DNA from: Bacteroidota bacterium
Lineage (GTDB): Bacteria > Bacteroidota > Bacteroidia > Flavobacteriales_D > Sanyastnellaceae
Assembly (NCBI GenBank): GCA_016868835.1
Contig: VGFR01000001.1
Coordinates: 1,396 to 65,395, forward strand
Length of the DNA stretch: 64,000 nucleotides
Direction: 5' to 3'
The notes under the pieces were generated by a model, which was not told the DNA's origin, searched no databases, and saw nothing but the letters and a program-made list of their open reading frames with translations. Positions 9,701 to 18,006 of this stretch are shown piece after piece. How positions within the stretch are numbered: the first letter of the stretch is position 1; each line of letters opens with the position of its first letter. The translations under genes were made by a program, and so were the position numbers.

Positions 9701-10636
9701 ATTCTGTAAAACGGTTGCTGTAAAGTTCCCATTATGCAGCGCGGTGGCAGAGGCAATTGTTGGTGTTGCTCCGAGAGCAGCATAGTTCGATCCAGGCGGA
9801 CCTTGCCATGCAACTATTCCACCTGTAGTTCCCGAATTCAAAGTGAGTGGAGAGCCCAAACAAACGGGGCTATTTGATGTTGCATTTATAATGGGTGACT
9901 GATTAACCACTACATTCGTGGTTCCTGTGCAGGTTGCTGCTCCAGTTGCTGTAACCGTATATAAGCCAGCGTTGGCCGTAGTTGAGCTCGGAATTGTTAC
10001 CGATTGACCGGTTGCAGAAAATCCATTTGGACCTGTCCAAGTATACGTGTAATTGGCACCTGCGTTTGAAGCGTTTAATGTAATTGTAGCTCCCGAACAA
10101 TATGGCCCGGTGTTGGAGGCTGTTACACTACAAAACGGAGCACAACTCAAACTACCGCCACCGGCAGCCTCAGAAATGGAAACACTTCCAGAACACCCCC
10201 CCCAATTTGTTACCAATAAAATGTAAAACTGACCAGTAGTTCCGTTAATGGTAAATGAGTTATTTGCAGCGGTAGTAAAACTACATTGAATTGGCGCGCC
10301 TAGATTACCACAACCTGCAGCCACCGAAGTAAACGGGCCCCAAAGCGCAAAATCTTGGTCGCATGGACCCGTCTGATTGATCGAAATATTTCCCGCGGTT
10401 CCCACTTGCAAAACGAACCATGATGGATTGGGCTGACCACCCAAACAGCCGTAGTTGTTTCCTGGAGCAGCACTACCAATACCCGTAGGTGCAGTGTAGG
10501 TAAACGTTGTACCAGAACAAATGGGCACAGCACCAAGGCAATTCGATGATATTTGAGCATGTGCATGTGAGAACACAAACAAAATCATCACAAGCGTGAT
10601 GCATGATTTTACAAGCGGGCCAAGGTTCTTTTTCAT
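6740..10636 (-). CDS. Giant (1298 aa) secreted repeat protein with Cys-rich N-terminal module, Ig/PKD-like repeats and T9SS type B C-terminal domain
   Basis: Signal peptide ...LFVFSHAHAQ. C-terminus IYIPNSFTPDNDGVNDVFGP...IFDRWGDVIFET...DAYIYEV. Very Thr/Gly/Asn-rich repetitive body. Confidence 0.85.
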   Translation of the reverse strand: MKKNLGPLVKSCITLVMILFVFSHAHAQISSNCLGAVPICSGTTFTYTAPTGIGSAAPGNNYGCLGGQPNPSWFVLQVGTAGNISINQTGPCDQDFALWGPFTSVAAGCGNLGAPIQCSFTTAANNSFTINGTTGQFYILLVTNWGGCSGSVSISEAAGGGSLSCAPFCSVTASNTGPYCSGATITLNASNAGANYTYTWTGPNGFSATGQSVTIPSSTTANAGLYTVTATGAATCTGTTNVVVNQSPIINATSNSPVCLGSPLTLNSGTTGGIVAWQGPPGSNYAALGATPTIASATALHNGNFTATVLQNGCSASATLPVTVVTPPTANISGFYTLCAGQQVPAQNFTSTPAGATFNWTNTAPGIGLPASGTGNMPAFNATNNTNAMLIGVIGVTPVLNNCTGTTGYINVIVNPTPGMSTPVSNMYCDGANVPAMVWTVNPGNATVAWSNDNTNTGLSASGTANIPTFVATNSELSQIVSTVTATPTLGTCSGTPISYTITVAGVGDATITDIGPLCSDAGIQTLVAVDSTGTWSGSGIIDPVNGLFDPLIAGAGPHTINYSIPGQCGSVDGTQILVVNVPIVNAGLDFDICEGLDTLMTGSFTNSNTGSETFFWTPTTNLNGSLTLTPTYTANSSQTYTLTVVSGACSSTDDVTVTAIPQSNATITDIAALCQDDTAINLTTANAGGVWSGTGIVDPILGTFDPTGLAPNTYNVTYSIGGFCPSQDDTDIIVNEVLDGTITPAGPFCQVELPETLTAATPGGTWSGTGVVGASTGSFGSPSLAGNTYTVTYTTPGLCPRDFTVDVVVNENFDATITAVNPVCNNAAPFNLTAADPGGTWSGNAITNATLGTFDPSGLVPGPYTVNYDISGPCPASATLDIEVLDVPDGTITPAGPFCQTDLPQTLSAATTGGIWSGTGITSAANGTFGSANTAAGNYTINYATAGQCSQSFTTNITVITNLDATISNAGPFCIDEPPYTLQAASPNGVWSGTEPIAVNGTIDPSVLGAGTFSFDYNIDNNGCLSSDNITVVVNPLPVPSFTVGSTGGCAPVTTSFTNTSNPLGSIAVWSVDGNPVGNGNSLPYTFNGNSCFDIGLLITDANGCSAYTQTTDAVCTVTNPNASFTWEPVEPAPGGIVTFSNLSLGGVTYTWDINGVTYNSEDLIFNVPSNFEDNFLVCLDVVGLGGCMDAQCYTVTLNQEEFIYIPNSFTPDNDGVNDVFGPSITKYVEGAPYSFKIFDRWGDVIFETNDPKKVWIGNVHDGEHWAEPDAYIYEVVVTLTPETNAERFVGAVILLR
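7529..8641 (-). repeat. Five contiguous in-frame copies of a 75-aa (225-nt) module inside the 1298-aa ORF
   Basis: Copies begin at aa 666, 741, 816, 891 and 966. Pattern: (A/G)TIT..GP(F/L)C......L.A...GG.WSG.G......G.F.P......G.Y.V.Y....C. Confidence 0.85.
8894..9109 (-). repeat. Sixth, detached copy of the same 75-aa module (aa 510-581)
   Basis: ATITDIGPLCSDAGIQTLVAVDSTGTWSGSGIIDPVNGLFDPLIAGAGPHTINYSIPGQCG aligns with the downstream copies. Confidence 0.8.
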
Positions 10637-10691
10637 AAATACGACAACAAGACGGAAGACGTTCGTAGTAAGTTGCTTTTAGTTACCAAAT

Positions 10692-11645
10692 TTACGGCAG
10701 AAGATCCTCTGAATGCATGACCTGTCCGTTCTCATTATACACAATAACGTGTGCAAGATTTTCAGAGATTTCAACGATCATAAAACCCAATTCGGAACGA
10801 GCAAAACTAGTAAAATCAAATGGTGCTTGTATTGGCCTTGCTTGAGCACCTGCACCCGATACAATGCAACAAACGCCAGAGGGTGGGTGATGAATTTGTA
10901 AATCATGTTCGTGTCCGCACAAATAAGCCTGAACACCAAGTGTGTCAAATGCTGTTTCAAAAGCCCGCATATACTGCGGCAATTGCTTTCGCATACCACA
11001 CGTGTACATGGGATGATGACCAATAACCATTTTCCATTTCGCAACGCTTTGTGCCAATGCACCCGTAATCCACTCTTCTTGCTCCAATGTATCCTGTGCC
11101 ATTAACATCGGGTGTGTGGTAGTTCCTACTATGTCATCTTGAAAGGGATTGGAGTCCATAAAAAACAGCTCAACTGAAAAACCGTCTCGCACTTCCACAT
11201 GACTAAAATGTTTTGAAGGCATTTTCCATCTTGTAGAAATTGCAGTGTAATCGAGCTCTGCCGTGGGGTTACCTCTATAATCATGATTGCCTAAAACGGC
11301 ATACCAAGGGCACTGCAAAGAAGGTTGGTTATATACCGCTTCAAAACAAGATTGCCACAGCGGCTCATCAATACTCGTAACTCCATTCGAATATATGTTA
11401 TCTCCTGTACTTATAATAAAATCATACGGACAAGCATTGCCAATACCCGCCATTGCTGTAGCTACCTTACGTTGATCCTCTGAACCCCACATTCCCCAAT
11501 CGCCAATAACAGCAAAACGAACTATGGAATCATTACACGGGAATCGAGGAGTAGAACAGGGCTCAAACTCTGCCCGACACGAAATCAAAGTTGGTCCGAA
11601 CATCATTAGCGCTAACCACAATCCCAACACGTTACAATTGGTCAT
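10692..11645 (-). CDS. Purple acid phosphatase-like metallophosphoesterase (ACP5/TRAP-like), lipoprotein
   Basis: Metallophosphoesterase motifs GDWG, GDNIY, GNHDY, GHHP and GHEHD. Lipoprotein-type N-terminus ...GPTLISC. Confidence 0.75.
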   Translation of the reverse strand: MTNCNVLGLWLALMMFGPTLISCRAEFEPCSTPRFPCNDSIVRFAVIGDWGMWGSEDQRKVATAMAGIGNACPYDFIISTGDNIYSNGVTSIDEPLWQSCFEAVYNQPSLQCPWYAVLGNHDYRGNPTAELDYTAISTRWKMPSKHFSHVEVRDGFSVELFFMDSNPFQDDIVGTTTHPMLMAQDTLEQEEWITGALAQSVAKWKMVIGHHPMYTCGMRKQLPQYMRAFETAFDTLGVQAYLCGHEHDLQIHHPPSGVCCIVSGAGAQARPIQAPFDFTSFARSELGFMIVEISENLAHVIVYNENGQVMHSEDLLP

Positions 11646-11686
11646 CTTAATTTTTAATTTATTTCAAAAATAGAACAGGTTAAGAG

Positions 11687-11694
11687 TATTTTTG
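11687..11694 (+). promoter_or_regulatory. Bacteroidota -7 promoter box (TAnnTTTG) for rpoN
   Basis: TATTTTTG sits 7 nt upstream of the rpoN ATG. Confidence 0.45.
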
Positions 11695-11701
11695 ACGAAG
11701 T

Positions 11702-13153
11702 ATGCTAAAGCAGTCACTTCAATTAAAACTACAACAAAGATTATCTCCCCAGCAGATTCAACTTATGAAAATGCTTCAAATTCCAACCATGGAATTGGAA
11801 CAACGCATTAAAGATGAAATGGAGGTTAACCCAGCATTGGAAGAGGGTGGAGAATCTAAAGAGGAAGATGAAAGTTCCGAAGAAAATGATTTCGAAGATG
11901 AGGCGAATACAGAGGGCGAAGATTTCGATTTAACAGATTACTTCAGTGATGACGAGGTTCCTGACTATAAGCTGCATGTCAACAACGCTTCTCCTGATCA
12001 AGAAGACAGAGACATTCCAATTGGATCTGGAAAATCTTTCCACGAACAATTGTATTCTCAAATCCAACTCAGAGAATTAGACGAACATGAACAATTTTTA
12101 GCCGAATATCTTATTGGCAATCTAGATGATAATGGGTATTTAAGACGAGAACTTCAAGCCGTTGTGAATGATCTTGCTTTCTCATTGAATGTTCAGTCAT
12201 CTGTTCAAGAATTAGAAAACATTCTTCAAGAAATTCAGGAGCTAGACCCTGCCGGAGTTGGTGCACGCGATTTGCGCGAATGCCTCATTATTCAAATTAA
12301 ACGAATAGAAAAGAAGGGCGCACACACGGCTCTTGCTCACGAAATTATCGAAAAGCATTTCGAAGAATTCACCAAAAAACACTATGAAAAAATTGCAAAA
12401 AAAATTGCAATTTCTGACCAAGAATTAAAACCAGCCATTGATTTAATTCTGCATCTCAACCCAAAACCAGGGGATAGCATGCAAGATTCATCTCGAACAA
12501 TCCAACACATTATTCCAGACTTCATGTTGTTCGTTGAAAATGATGAATTCAAACTTCAATTGAATGGAAGAAATGCCCCTGAATTAAGAATCAGCAAAGA
12601 ATACAAGGGAATGCTTGAGCATTATTCAAAACTCAAGTCAAAAGATCAAAAATCAAAAGAAGCTGTTCAGTTTGTTAAACAAAAAATTGACAGTGCTAAG
12701 TGGTTTATTGATGCCATACAACAGCGAAATAATACACTTATGACCTGCATGGAAACCATTGTAAACTTTCAAAAAGAATTCTTTTTATCTGGAGATGAGA
12801 CCAAACTCAAACCCATGATTCTCAAGGATATTGCCGACCTTTTGAACATGGATATATCAACCATAAGTCGTGTTGCAAATAGTAAATACATTCAGACTCC
12901 CTATGGAACCTATTTGTTAAAGTACTTTTTCGCAGAAAGCCTGTCAACAGATGAGGGAGAAGAGGTTAGTTCAAGAGAGGTGAAGCAGATTTTAAGAGAT
13001 GCAATAGCTGCTGAAAACAAACGTAAACCACTAACCGACGAAAAATTAGGTAAGCTTTTGAACGAAAAAGGATATAACATTGCTCGCAGAACGGTAGCAA
13101 AATACAGAGAGCAACTCGGAATTCCAGTAGCAAGACTAAGAAAAGAGTTATGA
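11702..13153 (+). CDS. rpoN: RNA polymerase sigma-54 factor
   Basis: N-terminus MLKQSLQLKLQQRLSPQQIQLMKMLQ, followed by an acidic region. C-terminal RpoN box ARRTVAKYREQLGIP. Confidence 0.95.
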   Translation: MLKQSLQLKLQQRLSPQQIQLMKMLQIPTMELEQRIKDEMEVNPALEEGGESKEEDESSEENDFEDEANTEGEDFDLTDYFSDDEVPDYKLHVNNASPDQEDRDIPIGSGKSFHEQLYSQIQLRELDEHEQFLAEYLIGNLDDNGYLRRELQAVVNDLAFSLNVQSSVQELENILQEIQELDPAGVGARDLRECLIIQIKRIEKKGAHTALAHEIIEKHFEEFTKKHYEKIAKKIAISDQELKPAIDLILHLNPKPGDSMQDSSRTIQHIIPDFMLFVENDEFKLQLNGRNAPELRISKEYKGMLEHYSKLKSKDQKSKEAVQFVKQKIDSAKWFIDAIQQRNNTLMTCMETIVNFQKEFFLSGDETKLKPMILKDIADLLNMDISTISRVANSKYIQTPYGTYLLKYFFAESLSTDEGEEVSSREVKQILRDAIAAENKRKPLTDEKLGKLLNEKGYNIARRTVAKYREQLGIPVARLRKEL

Positions 13154-13782
13154 TGGAAAATAAAGCGGCCGTAATTTTTGCGAAAACCCTTTCCTTGGTT
13201 TTTCATCCGTTAGGAATGCCTCTCGTTATTTACTTGCTTATTCGCTGGATTGACCCGTACTACATAGCACCTGCACAAGCAGACTTCTTCGTTTTTCTTT
13301 TACTTATCACAAACATACTTGCCCCTGCCGCAAGTATACTTATTATGATCAAGTTTGGAATGGCTAGCTCAATTGATTTGAAAGATAGAAAAGAAAGGTT
13401 CGCACCATACCTACTTGTCATCTTCTACTACATCGTATCATACTCTCTTCTTCGCTATTACGGACCCATGCTACCCATGGAAGTGTTTTCATTTTTCTTG
13501 TCTGTTATCATTTCACTTATTCTATCACTAGTAATCAATTATTTCTGGAAAGTAAGTGTACACATGTTGGGACAAGGTGGTGTCTTTGGCTCATTGGTTA
13601 GCCTGTCAATACTCCACAGAGCTGACGTAACATTGTTCATCATATTCACACTAATTATGGCAAGTTTAACCGCTTATTCAAGGTTGAAATTAAACGCACA
13701 CACACCGAACCAGGTCTATGCTGGATTTTCTCTAGGTTTTATTTGCAATGTTGTTGTATTAGGATTCAAGATCTTTCTTTGA
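13150..13782 (+). CDS. Polytopic membrane protein, weakly PAP2-phosphatase-like
   Basis: About six hydrophobic segments. KVSVHM and SRLKLNAHTPNQV resemble PAP2 motifs C2/C3. Its ATG overlaps the rpoN stop (ATGA). Confidence 0.45.
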   Translation: MMENKAAVIFAKTLSLVFHPLGMPLVIYLLIRWIDPYYIAPAQADFFVFLLLITNILAPAASILIMIKFGMASSIDLKDRKERFAPYLLVIFYYIVSYSLLRYYGPMLPMEVFSFFLSVIISLILSLVINYFWKVSVHMLGQGGVFGSLVSLSILHRADVTLFIIFTLIMASLTAYSRLKLNAHTPNQVYAGFSLGFICNVVVLGFKIFL

Positions 13783-14763
13783 AACCCAATTCCACGCGTG
13801 TTCCAAAGCATGTTCAGCGCCAAACAAACAAGACCAGTTCAAATGAAGCTTGGCTTTATTTGAAACAGCCCATATGGCAGAAATATCACCAACTCGCCTT
13901 GGACTGTATGTAATTGAAATGGTTCTGCCTATCACTTTTTGAAATACGTCTAATATTTCCTTAACCGAAAATCCTCTACCAACACCGAGATTAAATATTT
14001 CTAAAGCATTCGTCTGGTTAAAGAGCAATGACTGTACATGTGCACGAGCTAAATCACAAACGTGAATGTAATCTCGAATGCACGTGCCGTCTGGAGTGTC
14101 ATAATCGGTTCCAAATACATGAAATGTATCACGCTTCCCGAGTGCAACTTCACATAAGATTGGAACTAAATTCGTTGGTGCAACTCGACTGTCTTCTCCA
14201 AGGTAACCCGTTGGATGCGCTCCAATTGGATTAAAATAACGAAGTATCACTAAATTCTTTATCCCTTTAGAAGCTAACAACAACTTCTCACATGATTGTT
14301 TTGTCTCGCCATATACCGAAGCAGGAGGTTGTAGAATACAATTTTCATCAACCGGATTCACCTCAGGAGTTCCGTAAACCGTGCAAGAGCTAGAAAAAAC
14401 CAATTTCTCTACATGAAATTCAACACACAGCTTTTGCAAAACCTCTGTAGAAAACACATTATTAAATCTGTATTTTTCTGGGTAAATCATAGATTCCTCA
14501 ACAGACTTCAATGCAGCAAAATGGATTGCGCCATGGAAATCATGCTTTTCAAAAACACTCCGTAAGTGCTCTTCACTTGAGCAATCAAGTTCGTAAAAAT
14601 CAATTTCTTTTCCTGTAATTCGCTTAATGCGGTCTAAAACAAGTCTTGAAGAATTACTTAAATTGTCTACCGCAACTACCGCAAACCCAGATTGCACCAA
14701 TTCAACAATTGTGTGAGATCCAATATAACCCAACCCACCGGTTACTAAAACTTGCTTTTGCAT
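13759..14763 (-). CDS. galE: UDP-glucose 4-epimerase
   Basis: VLVTGGLGYIGSHT Rossmann motif, catalytic YGETK, RYFNPIGAHP, and length 334 aa. Confidence 0.9.
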   Translation of the reverse strand: MQKQVLVTGGLGYIGSHTIVELVQSGFAVVAVDNLSNSSRLVLDRIKRITGKEIDFYELDCSSEEHLRSVFEKHDFHGAIHFAALKSVEESMIYPEKYRFNNVFSTEVLQKLCVEFHVEKLVFSSSCTVYGTPEVNPVDENCILQPPASVYGETKQSCEKLLLASKGIKNLVILRYFNPIGAHPTGYLGEDSRVAPTNLVPILCEVALGKRDTFHVFGTDYDTPDGTCIRDYIHVCDLARAHVQSLLFNQTNALEIFNLGVGRGFSVKEILDVFQKVIGRTISITYSPRRVGDISAIWAVSNKAKLHLNWSCLFGAEHALEHAWNWVSKKDLES

Positions 14764-14768
14764 TCTCG

Positions 14769-14776
14769 CAAAGATA
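14769..14776 (-). promoter_or_regulatory. -7 promoter box (TATCTTTG on the minus strand) for galE
   Basis: The plus strand reads caaagata. Only 5 nt separate the box from the galE ATG. Confidence 0.45.
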
Positions 14777-14835
14777 ATCCATTCATCTTGAAACCATTTT
14801 CAATTCATTGCGTAGAGAACGTAAATTCAAAGAAC

Positions 14836-15186
14836 ATGAGACCCGTTGAAACTAGAAAAAATCAAGCGAAAAGTTACCTATTTCACTTGCTTAATGGCAA
14901 CTCAATCTTATCTCAGGAACTGCTTGAAAGTATAGTTCATCAAATTCCAATATATCTTCTTAAAATGGAAACTTGTCTCTATGACAATCGACTTGATGAA
15001 GCCGCCGAATATGCGTCAAAAATAAAAAGCGCATTCGGTCTTCTGCGCTCGAATCAATTGGTTGCTGCATATGAAACCGCGTTGAACGAAAATGCATTTC
15101 AACAGCCAATTACAATGAAAAAGCAAATTGAAGATTTAAAAAAATTGTCATTTGAATACTTGAAGACCTTATCGTGCGAGGCTTAA
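14836..15186 (+). CDS. Small helical protein, Hpt-domain-like but lacking the phospho-accepting His
   Basis: ATG at 14836 avoids overlap with galE. LDEAAEYASKIKSAFGLLRSNQL follows the Hpt pattern a-H-k-L-K-G-s-a-g-l-l, with Ser in the His position. Confidence 0.4.
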   Translation: MRPVETRKNQAKSYLFHLLNGNSILSQELLESIVHQIPIYLLKMETCLYDNRLDEAAEYASKIKSAFGLLRSNQLVAAYETALNENAFQQPITMKKQIEDLKKLSFEYLKTLSCEA

Positions 15187-15208
15187 TAATAATTTACTAT
15201 TTTGCGAT

Positions 15209-16639
15209 GTGAATAATCAATCGCATATCTCTTATTTCAACGAATTATTTCAAATTCATGAAGATGTAAAGCTCTGTAAACCCTGTGTTATTGAAGATGG
15301 TATTATTCACATTAGCGAAACTTCGGAACAGCTTTATACTTCTTTTTTTAATAAAAAAATAAGCGAAGTTGTAATTGAAAAATTCGTTCCCGCTTCAGGT
15401 GCTGCGACTAGAATGTTCGCACCACTCACTAATATTCAAATTGAAAATGTTGACCCGGAAGCGGAACAATTTCTTCTTCAAATTGAAAAAATGCCCTTTG
15501 CCCCCCTGTTAGAATCTCAATTGAAGAAATCTAAATTAGGAATAAAAGAATCTATTCAAGAAAGTAAGTGGTCTCTTCTGATTGAGACCCTATTAAGTGA
15601 AACTGGTCTTAACTTTTTAAATAAAGCCAAAGGTCTCATTCCATTTCACCAATACGCAAATGAAGTACGAACAGCTTTTGAAGAGCACCTATTTGACTTT
15701 TCACTTTTTTCTAAACACACCAAAAAAAATAAACTTCACTTTACAATACAGCAGCAATTTCAATCTGAAATTGAAACGCTACTTGGAGCATTTTCAAAAA
15801 AACACCAACTTGTTTGCCCAATAGAATACAGCATTCAAAACCCAGATTCTGATATTCCTGCCATGGATGATTCTGGAAATTTTCACCACAATGCAGATGG
15901 AAGTATTTTTCTACGTCCGGCTGGACATGGGGCACTTATTCAAAACCTCAATTTACTTGGCGGTGACTGCGTTTTCATTCAAAACATTGACAATATTCCA
16001 AATGAAGAATCGCAACCAAAGGCAAGGCAAAAGAGACAGGTCATGGGCGGAATTTTATTAAATATTGTAGAAGAGAGAAACAGATTATTCCATACCATCC
16101 AAGAATCAAATGATATAGAAATACTGCACGAAGCACGCGCCTTTCTCACCACGTGGTTTCAATGTCAAGAAACACTTAATGATAAATCCAATGTACTTGA
16201 CGCATTAAACAAGCCAATACGTATTTGTGGAATGGTAAAAAACACCGGAGAAACAGGCGGTGGCCCATTCTGGGTAACATCGAATGGAATTATTTCGAAA
16301 CAAATCATTGAATCGGCACAGGTAAACAAGAAAGAATGTGAGCAAAAATATATTTTCGAACAGGCAACACATTTCAACCCCGTAGATCTTGTTTGTCACT
16401 TTAAAGATCCTCTTGGTGTAAAATACAACCTCGATAATTACACTAATAAGCAAGCCACTCTGTTAAGTGAGAAATTAATCTTTGGTAAAAAATCAAAGAT
16501 CATAGAACTACCAGGGCTTTGGAACGGCGGCATGTGGAATTGGAACACTGTATTCATTGAATTACCCGTATCGAGCTTTTGTCCTGTCAAAACAGTTAAT
16601 GACCTTTTAAAACCGGGACACCTCTTTAAATCAAATTAA
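15209..16639 (+). CDS. DUF4301-like protein, probable UDP-sugar pyrophosphorylase-type nucleotidyltransferase
   Basis: GTG start. KFVPASGAATRMF and LRPAGHGALIQNL resemble the UDPGP-family G-loop and PxGHG motifs. 476 aa. Confidence 0.55.
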   Translation: MNNQSHISYFNELFQIHEDVKLCKPCVIEDGIIHISETSEQLYTSFFNKKISEVVIEKFVPASGAATRMFAPLTNIQIENVDPEAEQFLLQIEKMPFAPLLESQLKKSKLGIKESIQESKWSLLIETLLSETGLNFLNKAKGLIPFHQYANEVRTAFEEHLFDFSLFSKHTKKNKLHFTIQQQFQSEIETLLGAFSKKHQLVCPIEYSIQNPDSDIPAMDDSGNFHHNADGSIFLRPAGHGALIQNLNLLGGDCVFIQNIDNIPNEESQPKARQKRQVMGGILLNIVEERNRLFHTIQESNDIEILHEARAFLTTWFQCQETLNDKSNVLDALNKPIRICGMVKNTGETGGGPFWVTSNGIISKQIIESAQVNKKECEQKYIFEQATHFNPVDLVCHFKDPLGVKYNLDNYTNKQATLLSEKLIFGKKSKIIELPGLWNGGMWNWNTVFIELPVSSFCPVKTVNDLLKPGHLFKSN

Positions 16640-17222
16640 AATTCCACCGCTCTGTCATATGCAATAGCTCAGAGTCATTGTCATTTGAAGCTACAATAAT
16701 GGTGCGTTCAGCACTGCATTTTACCAACGTGTTCGCATACCACTCTTCACTTTTTTTATCTAAATGAGAGCATGGTTCATCTAAAAATAAAGCGTCTGTC
16801 TTTGCGTATATAGCCAGTCCTAATTTAACCCGCTGTTTCATACCACTCGAAAAATGCTTGATTTTTTTATCCCTGTGATTTTCTAACTGCATCAACTCCA
16901 TACACTCATCAATAGACACGGATAAGGGTTTTAAATCTGAATAAAATCGAACATGCTCTTGCAATGTAAAGTCTTCATAGAGCCCAAGAGCCGGAGAGCA
17001 AAATGAAATATGCTTGTACAATATTTTTTCTTCCACCTGCCTATGAATCAACCCTTCTGATGCAATTTGTAGACCGGCAATGATTTGAAGCAGAGTTGAT
17101 TTCCCCGAACCATTCGAACCTACAATTCCAAGGCGAGAACCCGATTCAATTTGTTTATTTAAATGTCTAAAAATGAATCCCCTTCCAAACTTTTTTCCTA
17201 TGTCCTCTAGTTCAATTTGCAT
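16626..17222 (-). CDS. ABC transporter ATP-binding protein (no adjacent permease)
   Basis: Walker A GSNGSGKST, signature SSGMKQR, Walker B LFLDEP. ATG at 17222 (MQIELEDIGKKFG) lies 4 nt after the lpxA stop. Confidence 0.85.
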   Translation of the reverse strand: MQIELEDIGKKFGRGFIFRHLNKQIESGSRLGIVGSNGSGKSTLLQIIAGLQIASEGLIHRQVEEKILYKHISFCSPALGLYEDFTLQEHVRFYSDLKPLSVSIDECMELMQLENHRDKKIKHFSSGMKQRVKLGLAIYAKTDALFLDEPCSHLDKKSEEWYANTLVKCSAERTIIVASNDNDSELLHMTERWNFNLI

Positions 17223-17226
17223 TGAA

Positions 17227-18006
17227 TCATGTTGTTTGAGCACCTTTGACAATCCCCTTATCAGATCGAGCAATAAAATCTAAGACCTGTTTTTTTTCCG
17301 CTGTATCGGCCATTTTTTCAATTTCACTAACACCTTGTGCCTGATTCTTATTGTAAACAAACAGAGCTCTGTAAATGTCTTCTAACTGTCTTACTTGATC
17401 ATCAGTAAAGCCCCGCCTTCTAAGTCCTATGCTATTTACACCAATGTAACTTAGCGGCTCTCTCGCAACCTTAATGAACGGAGGAACATTTTTTCTTACC
17501 AAAGACCCGCCTGCCACAAATGCATGATCACCAACTTCAATAAACTGCTGAATTGCAACAACCCCTTCAATAACCACCCAATTTCCAATGGTCACGTGAC
17601 CTGCAATATTGGCGGAATTTGCAATTACACAATTATCCCCAACAAATGCATCATGAGCTAAATGTACGTAAGCCATTAAAAGGCAATTGCTCCCGACTTT
17701 CGTTGTCATGCGATCTTTCGTACCCCTATTTAGCGTGCAGCACTCGCGAATAGTAGTATTATCACCCACCTCTACTGTTGTTTCTTCACCGTCGAATTTC
17801 AAGTCTTGTGGAATGGCAGAAATAACGGCTCCCGGAAAAATTCGACACCCCTTTCCAATTCTTGCACCATCCATAATTGTTACGTTCGGACCTATCCAAG
17901 TGCCATCACCAATAACCACATTACCCGAAATGGTTGTAAACGGACCAATCTCTACGTTCATTCCTATTTGAGCTCTTGAATCTACTTGTGCTAACAAACT
18001 TATCAT
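17227..18006 (-). CDS. lpxA: Acyl-ACP--UDP-N-acetylglucosamine O-acyltransferase
   Basis: Left-handed beta-helix hexapeptide repeats throughout, 259 aa, immediately downstream of lpxC/fabZ. Confidence 0.9.
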   Translation of the reverse strand: MISLLAQVDSRAQIGMNVEIGPFTTISGNVVIGDGTWIGPNVTIMDGARIGKGCRIFPGAVISAIPQDLKFDGEETTVEVGDNTTIRECCTLNRGTKDRMTTKVGSNCLLMAYVHLAHDAFVGDNCVIANSANIAGHVTIGNWVVIEGVVAIQQFIEVGDHAFVAGGSLVRKNVPPFIKVAREPLSYIGVNSIGLRRRGFTDDQVRQLEDIYRALFVYNKNQAQGVSEIEKMADTAEKKQVLDFIARSDKGIVKGAQTT

